Notes under the pieces: model-generated
Told to the model about the DNA's origin: nothing
The model's input: the letters and a program-made list of their open reading frames with translations, nothing else
Database searches by the model: none
Made by a program: the position numbers and the translations under genes
Part shown: in pieces, positions 11,911-21,214 of the stretch
Layout of the letters: each line of letters begins with the position of its first letter
How positions within the stretch are numbered: position 1 is the first letter of the stretch
Assembly (NCBI GenBank): GCA_965153285.1
Contig: OZ229114.1
DNA: 64,000 nt
DNA from: Podarcis tiliguerta
Taxonomy: Eukaryota
Strand: one strand, 5' to 3'

Positions 11911-13264
11911 TTATATTAGGAAAGCCAATACTGATTTATCAGGAAATGTATTCTAACACTATAAAATATAAAGTCTCTCAGTAATTCAGTAGGATTTTAT
12001 TCCATCAGAAACAGCCTTTTTGCACCTCTATGTTCCCTTGATAGTTCAAGAAGTTCATTCAATTATCATACTGGTGATGTGTTTTGGATGCTGCCTCTGC
12101 CTTCCATATTAATAGGATACCAATGTGACTGGGATAGATGTTTGTTTGTTTTTTAACTCACTGTGCAAGAGGTCTGGTACCTGCCTCAGATCAGCATCTC
12201 TGTCTGTAGTTCCAGAAACAACAACATGGCTGAGTTGCAATAGTTACCTGATCTTCTTATTTGCAAAACTATATTTGACCATACAAGCACAAGAGCTTAA
12301 ATTCTCACAAGTTGCTTAATAAGATCCATGTTTCTTCTATACATGGACAAAAATCTGTCTTTTGGAATGATTGGGAAATAATTCATTTTTGCAAAGAACA
12401 TCATGCATGGGCTCTTGGTTCATGAGAACAACATGTCTAAATCTTTGACAGTAGTGAGGATTTCCACCAAGTGGACAAAACCAGCCTGTTCCTAAAAATT
12501 CTTGGATTGACATCCTTCATTTGCTCCATAGCAACTGTAATGTGATGCTCACTTAGACAGCCTCCTGTATTGCAGATTGTCACTTGCAACTCAAGTGTTG
12601 TTCCTACTTACTGAGGTGCAGAGAAATTGGTAATGTGCAAGACTGCTGCCACAAGTTGCGGCTTGTTCAGGGATTGACCTCACTGTACCACCCACATCTT
12701 GCATCCCTAAGATACGGCAGGCAGTAGCAGGGTGGTAGCTGCTAATTCTGGGGGGGAAACAAGCTGCAGAGAAATCTGGAGCAGGGTATATCTGAACGAA
12801 GAACAAAGCAGATTTATCAAAGGAGCCAGCTCTGTTCCTGCTGTGAGTGGCCTCAGCCTAGATCTTCAAATTACATAAATTCTAAACTGCATTTGTTGCT
12901 TGTGGAAAGAGAAGACGGTTCAGGCAAAACCACTGCAAATGCCAGGGTACAAATACTGGTCCTCAACAGAGTGTAAGAATGGGGAACTGAGATTTGTGGA
13001 AGAGCTGCTCCCTGCCATGTTCTTAGATTAAAACCTGTTGCAGCTATTCCCCTGCCTGCTGGACCTCTCTTTTTGCAACACTCCTAACAGGTATTTTTGT
13101 GTGCCATCTCTGCCCACAAATTGACGCTTACACATCTTCAGAAAGTGAGGTGATCTGTTTAAAAGCTGTGCCAATCCAACAGGGACAATTAAGCTTTGTC
13201 TCTTTCTGAGGTTTTTTTCCTGAGAGGCTTGGAATACACACCTCTGTTTGCTGCTGGAGTTGTT

Positions 13265-13560
13265 GTTATTACTTATATTTGTTAGCTGATTTACACAAAA
13301 GAAAGTCTCAAAGCAACTTAACAAGATAACAAACCGCAGATAAAACAATTAAAACCAGAAAATTTAAAACAATGAAATTCAAAATACTTAAAGCATTTAT
13401 CCACCCCACTAAAGGTGAGCATCACCATAGGAGCCAACGATTAGCAACGGCCTGAGTAATAATGATGGCACCAGGTGCATTTCCCTGGGGAGAACATTTC
13501 ACAGATGGCTGGGGAGGTCACTACTGAGAATGCCCTTAAGCAACAGAACTTCATGTGCAG
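13265..13560 (-). mobile_element. L2-like LINE 3' remnant
   Basis: TTATATTTGTTAGCTG...CTCAAAGCAACTTA followed by CCCTGGGGAGAACATTTCACAG...CACTACTGAGAATGCCC, resembling reverse-strand L2 3' ends. Confidence 0.5.
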
Positions 13561-14612
13561 CAGTAGGAGGCTGGTGTGACTTGTGTGTTGCACAACAGCA
13601 AGAAAGCCCAGCCAGAAATGATGTCAGAGACTTCAGGTCAATGCCCAGGAATAGACAACCATTTAAATATGGAAGGAAAGTAATTGATACTAAACTTAAT
13701 ATGCCTATTTTTTTTTATTTTTTTTAAAAACAGTGTTGAGAACTTATGTGTGCAAACTCTTGCATTCTCACTGTCTCTTCAGACATTTAAAAATAAGATC
13801 ATGGTAACTTTTTCAATGTGTAGAAGAAGCTAAACAGGTGAGAACCTTGTATGCACTCCCTTGAAGCACACATTCAGAAGACAGCTCTGTTCAGAGCCTC
13901 TTTCCCTTTCAAGTACACTTCACCATCTTTCTGTGGTTAATTGTAGATGACTTGAATCTGTACAGTTGGCAAGAGGACAGAGTTCTGATTCATGGAGCTG
14001 TGGTGATAGCTTTCTATTTAACTGTCTGGCAGAGGGTGTATTATGCTATTATGCTCAGTCCCTAGTGGCTAGTTGCATTCGGGAGTGAATTATTCTTCCT
14101 CCTGGGTCTGATCTCTGTGCTTGAGGTCCACGCTTTCAAACACTTATTATTCCCATCGCAACCTCGGCACATATGCAAGAAAATGGCCAATTGAATCTGT
14201 AGATAGCTGTTACTGCTGGCGATTTTTTCCTCACTGCCAGTAAACCTGACAAACAGAATCAAGGAAGGAGCCTGTTTTCAGAGGAGGCAGCCTGTTCTAG
14301 CAACAGCAGGATTGCTGACAAAACTATTCAGAAGTGACCTTGCAGCACATCAACATTTATTCATTCCACTGCACCGCCCCATTCTCTGTTGTGTAGTGCA
14401 TAGATTGCACCTGTGGAGAGCATCTTCGAGGTGCTAGGCAGCACATTTTTATAGATCTACTTGGCAGAGCTCCTCCAAGTTTGGCAGATTCCTCTTCAAT
14501 CCTCAATTCCCATTAAGGCAGTAGGATTCCTGTACCCTCACTGCTGAATGCTGCAGACTGAACAATTTTCAACAAGCTGATTCTTCTTTCTCATTGTGTA
14601 TTTCTGGTGCAG

Positions 14613-14729
14613 GTTTTGGAAGTGGTGCGCTCCAACTACGACACCCTCACCCTAAAGTTGCAGGATGGGCTGGACCAATATGAACGTTACTCGGAGCAAC
14701 ACAAAGAAGCTGCTTTCTTTAAAGAACTG
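14613..14729 (+). CDS. ARMH3: Armadillo-like helical domain-containing protein 3 (C10orf76), penultimate coding exon
   Basis: Polypyrimidine tract + CAG acceptor; 117 nt, phase 0-0; encodes [39 protein letters not shown]; GTGAGT donor. Recognised as the ARMH3 C-terminal region, and synteny with KCNIP2 agrees. Confidence 0.95.
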
Positions 14730-16681
14730 GTGAGTTTCAGCGCTTGAGTAGGAGCCTCAAAGTCTTGGCCCATGGTCTACTTTGCAGAGCAGCCACAGCA
14801 CAGCCAGAACGTCCCTTTTATTATCCAGAAATATGACTGGCACAGGTGACAAACTAGTGTACTTTTCGTTAGGTCACTTTGAACAGGATGCTGGCGAGAC
14901 ATGATTAGGGAAAGAAGGTTTTACCTCCATCTCAGGGTTTAGTGCACTCTTTTTCTGCATGTTCCTAAAGGAGAGAGCCAGAGAAATCTCGTGCTGATTG
15001 AACCTGCCAGCAGCTCATCAGAGGAGCATGTTCCAATAGTTCCATTGACAGAACATGAATAAGGGTGGTTTTTCATTTGAATTTCCCAAGAGGGAAATTG
15101 CCAAACACAGAAGCTTGAAACAGCCATGTTCAGAAACAGCCATGGTTGTCCTGATCTGTGCATTCATACAAGCAGGTGGCATATTCCCCTTCCCTTGTAC
15201 TATGTTCTCTGCTACTTTTTGTGCATCAGCTGTGTGTGCTGCCTAGGTTCTCTCCTCCCCCCCCCCTTTCAGGAATTGTTGCTGCTCAGTATGCCCTGCT
15301 GTTCACTAACTTTACATTTCCCTTGATTAAAGTGCAGATTTGCTTTTTCCAATTTTCTGAGATTATACTTTTTCCAGAATCCATCCTCCTAAATGCTAGT
15401 AGTTTAGATTCAGTTTCACCAAGTATAGCTAACACAATTGCCAGCAGTCTTCCTTCCTCCAGTTTTTCTATCAGAAATGTTCAAATGGACTCTCTTCCCA
15501 GTTGAATGAAGACAAGGAAGCTTTCGTCATTATTCCTCATCTGATGATTGAACAAATGCAACCAGTTTAATCCCTATTTCTCTAGAGACTTCTTGAGCCT
15601 CTTAAAAGCCAATCTCTGAGAACTACAATAAATGTTTTGTGTATTCCCTGAGTTTGCTATCAAAGCAGAAGGGAAGAATCCAATTGACCTGGTTTGGTTG
15701 TATGTTGACAAAATCCCATTATTTACCAGTTAAGATCTGCTGCCCTATTTAATAGTAAGGGGGTACATACTCTGAACCAAGCATGTTCAACATTAAATTA
15801 TGGAAGTGTCCCAGATCTGCACTGTTTATTTTGATTTCTGTATTCTGAATTTTTATGCAGAATTATGTACATTTATCTATGACTACAATAGAAGGTGATC
15901 TAGATGGAAACACAAAAGGTTCAACTGGTTCAGCATTCTGTTTCTTACAGTGTCCCTGAAGGCAGCTGTCATGACTTAACAGACCTATCACCCATGGCTT
16001 TTCCCAGTCCTCTTTTAAAACCATTGAAACCAGTGGTCCTTGCTACATATCATTACAGTAAATTCCATTTAAAAACACAGAGAAAGGAGGAGAGTACAAG
16101 CTCTTAAGTTTCTTCTCCTGGCTTGTGCAGGATGCAGGAGAAACCTTATTGGGCTTTAAAGCAGTAAACATCCATCCAGGACTCAGGGCTTGCACCACTT
16201 GTGGTTCAGTTATGTACTGAAAGCTGCATGCCTGGGAGCTGTTCACAGTCCTGCCAACCTTGCATCTAGCCAATTTCCCACTCTGTCTTGCCACTGCTAT
16301 TGGACCTCCACCAGCTCTAATCCTGACCTCGCCACCACATCCTTCCTCCAATTTACCTCTGGGTTGAATGCACCCAATTCCCGAGAGCCCTGTCTTGGCC
16401 CACAAGCTCTGAACCACCCGAGACACAGAGATAGACTGAGGAAGCAAATTTTTCAGCCATCTCAACACCTGGGTAGATTGCAAGCAGCATGAGAGAGATT
16501 CATAGGCTGTTTGATCTGACTGAACATCCTTGTGGTAGTTGAAAGTCTTAGTTTGTTGGTAGGCTTTCTTCCCCGAGCCAATCACGTTGCAACAAAAGCT
16601 CACCTATCAGGGGTCTCCTTCAGTGCCAGAGGTGCTGGTCTGTGTAAGTGGCATATGAAATGACTGTTCTCTCTCACACAG

Positions 16682-16774
16682 GTTCGATCCATCAGCATCA
16701 ATGTCCGGCGAAATCTGGCCTTCAACACGCTCAGCCAGGAGACCTTGCTTAAAGAATTCTCAACCATTTCCTGA
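16682..16774 (+). CDS. ARMH3: ARMH3 terminal coding exon
   Basis: CTCTCTCACACAG acceptor; encodes [30 protein letters not shown]-stop (TGA 16772-16774), in frame with the previous exon. Confidence 0.95.
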   Translation, partial: VRSISINVRRNLAFNTLSQETLLKEFSTIS

Positions 16775-17885
16775 AGCGGAGTTACCATCCTGCTTCCTGG
16801 CCAGTCCTGGCATCACTGAGTCCCTTTCCCCAGCATTGGCTGTAACTCCTGATTGTGGGGTGGTCTATCCCTAGTGCTTGTGTGGTTTTCCCCAGGAATC
16901 ATCAAGGGAAGAACTGGACTTGTCCCACATTCCTGAGCACAGAGAACTGGTGATGTTGACTACACTGTGGAGTTGGGAGTGAGGAAGAGGAATATGTAGT
17001 TACCGCTTTTTCTCGCTTTTCTCTGTGCAGCAACTATTGTGCAGGGATAAGAGTTTCCCCCCAAGTGAGCAAAATTAGAGCAAAACAGTGTTGTTGGGAG
17101 AGCTCATCCTTCTGATTCTCTGCAACCTGTCTGATGATGGACAGATGCCGAGGAAGAGAAAGTAGTGCAGGCCATGGGAACTAAGTCCTTTATAATAAGG
17201 GGCAGATTGACTGAACTTCTGCCTATAAGTTATCTGCTTGACTTGGGTGCTTTGCATCTGTTGCCCATGTGTATTGCCAGTCCCATCTCAAACTGGTGTG
17301 GAAATTACCAGCTGAAGTCTCTGCCCTTCACTCTGAGTTAGGGCCTCCTGACTGAATGGTGCTTCCAAGAGATTCTCTTCAAGAGGTTTCGCAGTGTCCT
17401 GCCTAAAACACTTGGTCTCCGGAGTTCCTGAACTAAGAGGTTATCTCTATGAGCTCACCTCTGCTATTCCTACTGCCTTGTTCTAAGACTCTGGAGATTA
17501 AGGATATGAATATATGCCATTGATTCCCCACCCCTACCCCATAGGACCATAGGACCAATAAAAGAGAGTGCCCTCTGCTTTTATTGCTAATACGGTTGTG
17601 TATCAGAGGGAACCCATTTTTCCCTGATTCCAGTAGGTTAACTAAGCTCCTACATTAGGTTCTTCAGCACCTCTCCACTGGCCTGATATTCCTGGATCCC
17701 CAAGGTGCTGATAAGGTGACCAAGTGCTCCTATCCACATTTTCAGTGTCTAGTCCATTCAACACGTACACTGCCTATGCCAAATTTCACGTTGACTGAAG
17801 CAGGAACTGCTTAGCTCACCTTCCCTTCCTCTGTCAAAGTCTACCTTCTCTGTGCTCCAATAAAGTGCTTCATTGCATAGGTAGA
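16775..17885 (+). other. ARMH3: ARMH3 3' UTR (end uncertain)
   Basis: Follows the stop codon. Candidate AATAAA signals at 17557-17562, 17859-17864 and 18648-18653. Confidence 0.55.
17859..17864 (+). terminator. Candidate ARMH3 polyadenylation signal AATAAA
   Basis: Canonical hexamer about 1.1 kb past the stop codon; alternatives exist. Confidence 0.45.
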
Positions 17886-20800
17886 AGTAGGGAATTAATT
17901 AGTTGGGAGTATCTCACAGCATTTTAGGGGGAAAGAAGCCTGGGATGGGGCAAATCAGTGTTCTACATCTCTGGCATTCTGTTCTATACTCCTGTCCACC
18001 AAGGGCTGCAACGGCAGATTACAGGACATGTTTGTGCGGTCAACTCCCCCATCAATTTTTGTTATACTTATTCTAGAAATATAGGACTGTGCTCTGTTGA
18101 GAAGCCAGGAGTTGGTCATACCTTTGGTACTGTACTCAGACTGGAAATCTCAATCAGATGAGCTCTAAAATTTAGAGTCTGAATTCTTAATTAAAATGTT
18201 TGGCACAGTATCTGTTGCAGGGGTTTTCCTCCTACCTGCATATTATCTTCCAGGCTTCAGAACGATGCCCAATGGATGCCAACAGGATTCGGCAAGCAGG
18301 TGTACAGGCACCCTTACTGGGCTCTTTCCTGGTGTATGTTGGTTATTATTCAGAACAGACTGCCATCTTGTGTGATTCCTCTGTTCTTTTTGGACTCCGA
18401 TGAGAACCTCCTTTCCCCAGTACGTTGATGGGTCTCAGCCATGCTTAGCAGTGGACTTTGAGGCCAGAATTTCAAGGAAGAATTCTCCCCCCCCCCAGAA
18501 GAAACACTATGAACACCTTGCTGCTGATATAGCACCTGTAAGATGATGTATATAGAATTCGGCAGTAAGGGGCCAGGGAGGGGTGTGGCGCCTCTGATCA
18601 CTCTATTGTGTGCAGTGTATCTTTTTGTGCTCTTTTGGGGGAGAGGTAATAAATTATTACTACTCTTAACATTTTCTTGGTGCTAATGCTGTGCTTGCCG
18701 CTGTACCAAATACACAAACGACATCGTCATTGCTAAAGAGCACTTGCCATCTTCAGTGAAGTATTTAGGATGGGATGTGCGAGGTGGAGAGAAGTTGGGT
18801 TTGAAAATCTGAAAACTGCAAGCTTAATTCTTTGAGTCCTTTTCAGTTTGTTACCTGCAAGCATTTTCTTTGTCAAACTAGTTGCAGGGGTTACCAACAT
18901 AGAGCACATTTGACTTCTGCGGCACTCACCGGGTCCCCTCCCCAGCCGAAATTGGGTTTGAGAGATGTATTACTTTGCAGCCAATAGAAGAGGTTGTGAC
19001 TGAGTGGGTGGGTGGCAACCCCTGCTCAGGAGCCTTTTACTTCTCTCCCATGTGACTACATGGAATCTTTTCATTTGTTCATGTGCCTTCTCTTGCTTGG
19101 TAGGCAGGGTCATCATCCACAGAATTAATCAGGAAGAGAAGCTCTGTGGTCCTATACTTTGGGCTGGGAGTGGGGTCTTCACAGAGGTCATCAGAGTTAT
19201 TTTCAATAAGGTGTGTGTTTCTGAGCTTCCCCCTTTCCAATCTGCATTCTGTAGTTAGTTCTCAGTTTGTTATAGGAGTACCCTTTGTTTTAGGATGTAC
19301 TTCCTAGTTTATAGTGATTGGTATTATTATGAATTGATGCCTTTGGGTTTATCTGACTCAGTTGGAAGCATCTTGGATTGTCGTTTGTCTCCAACACTGT
19401 CATTTCTCTTGCACAACAGACTTTGGCTTGCATGGTGGAACTCCCCCCTGCAGCTCCCTGAAGCAGATATGGGGAGGGTGGGGAGAGCAGAGGCAGAAGA
19501 AGTCTCATTGTGCAAGTGGAATGTCCCTCACTCAGCTTTGGATACAACACAATGTCATTTTTCTACTGGAATTCTTTGAGCAGTTGTGCACTTCCTATTT
19601 GCATGCATATCCCTTGATGCTTGTGACAAAAGGTTGGCTGGGGGAAGATGCTACCCTCACTATAAGCACATGTCAAGCAATTCAAGGTGGTTTGGGTCAA
19701 GGGTCTCTGTTATGAAGTGTGCAGTGTGCACGTAATGCAAGCTTGCACATGCAACCTTGGCACCTCTTTTTAGGATCTTTTGTGCTTGAGCATGAACACA
19801 CTCTGGAATTTGGCACTCCAAAGGTCGTCATGGACAATGAAATCTCAAGTAATTTTTTGTATTGGAAGGAATTACTGTAGCATATTTGATGCCGATGTTC
19901 ACAACACACTAACAACAGGCTAAGTTTAAAAGAGTTTAAAGCTAATAAAAGGGTTAAAACTAATGGTGCAAGCTTTCAGTTCGCAGAAATATACAACAAA
20001 GGAAGAATGGTAACCAGAAATTGAGGAGGGGGGAGCTGCCTAGCCACAGCAATAAAAGGAAATCATTCTAAAGCACCAGTCGTACCACAAAAACTGCAGG
20101 AGGGGGCTTGTGCAGCACACTTTGGAAAAAGATGATGAACACAATTTGGCGATATTAACAAATGAGGAAGAAAATTTGCGATGACTGGCAAAGGAAAAGG
20201 ATTTCAGTTCTGGAGAGCTTGAACTAACGGTATGAGCTATTTGGCTTTCTTAACAGAAAACAGGGAAGTAAGTCTTTTTTAAATAGTGGAAATGCTTGAA
20301 GTGGTTTGTGAGCATAAAAGAGAGAAATGTGGTGGAGAAAATTGCTGCTGAGGATGTGCTATACAAATCTGTTTGGAAGAAATGTGAAGGGAAAGGCAAA
20401 AAAAATGCATGGGGTGGGGAGGGATTTTTAGAGCAGTAGGTCAAGCATGGAGAAGGGAAAGATCTGTTGCCAGCTTAAAAACACTGGCTCAGAGTATTTT
20501 GGTAGGGGATGCAGAGGAGAGTTTGGTAGTGTCATCCTGGAGCCATTCTGGTACAGCAAAAGGAACAGAAACAAGGAAAAATAAAATGAGGTGGTGTAAC
20601 GAAGGGGCATATGGCCTGTTCTGTGAAGAAGAGGACACAGTTTCTGACACCTGCAGAATGGGTGGGTGGATCTGAGAGTCACAGATTACAAACTTAGTGA
20701 AGATCTTGGGAGATAGAGTCCAACCCTTGAAGATAAGAAGCCCCTAACTCTGAGCAAGCTCGAAGCAGCTTTTACGACCAAATCTGAGTTTAATATTTAC

Positions 20801-21214
20801 AATAAAAGGCTAAAAATATTGTCTTCCCAAAAGCATTGGGTGCTAAAAGTTTCTAAATCATGCCAGCCAGGGAGATTGTCCTAAAACTCTGATAAATGCC
20901 TTTTAAAGGAGTAACTTCTTTCTGATGTCCAGGTGCGGAAGGGGAATCACTATTTTCTGGTGGGAGCCTGTTGCCACTGAAACTTCTTAATTAGCTATGT
21001 GGGGAAAACAAAAGAGTGACATTTTAGGCATCTTGGCTTAACACTTCCAGAAAGAGTCTGATGCTCTTGTGTTTTACTTTTAAATTTACAAGTGATAAGG
21101 AAGGATGTCAAGGAGACAGCTGCCAATGTATTTAGCAGGACACATTGCAGGTGGTTCATTCCTTGTCTTCCAGGTCATAACAGAGCTTCCATTCTCAGGT
21201 GCAGGCTACAATAC

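Noticed and set aside
16043-16603. 186-aa antisense ORF in the last ARMH3 intron
   Set aside because: No recognisable domain, non-ATG start; consistent with chance.
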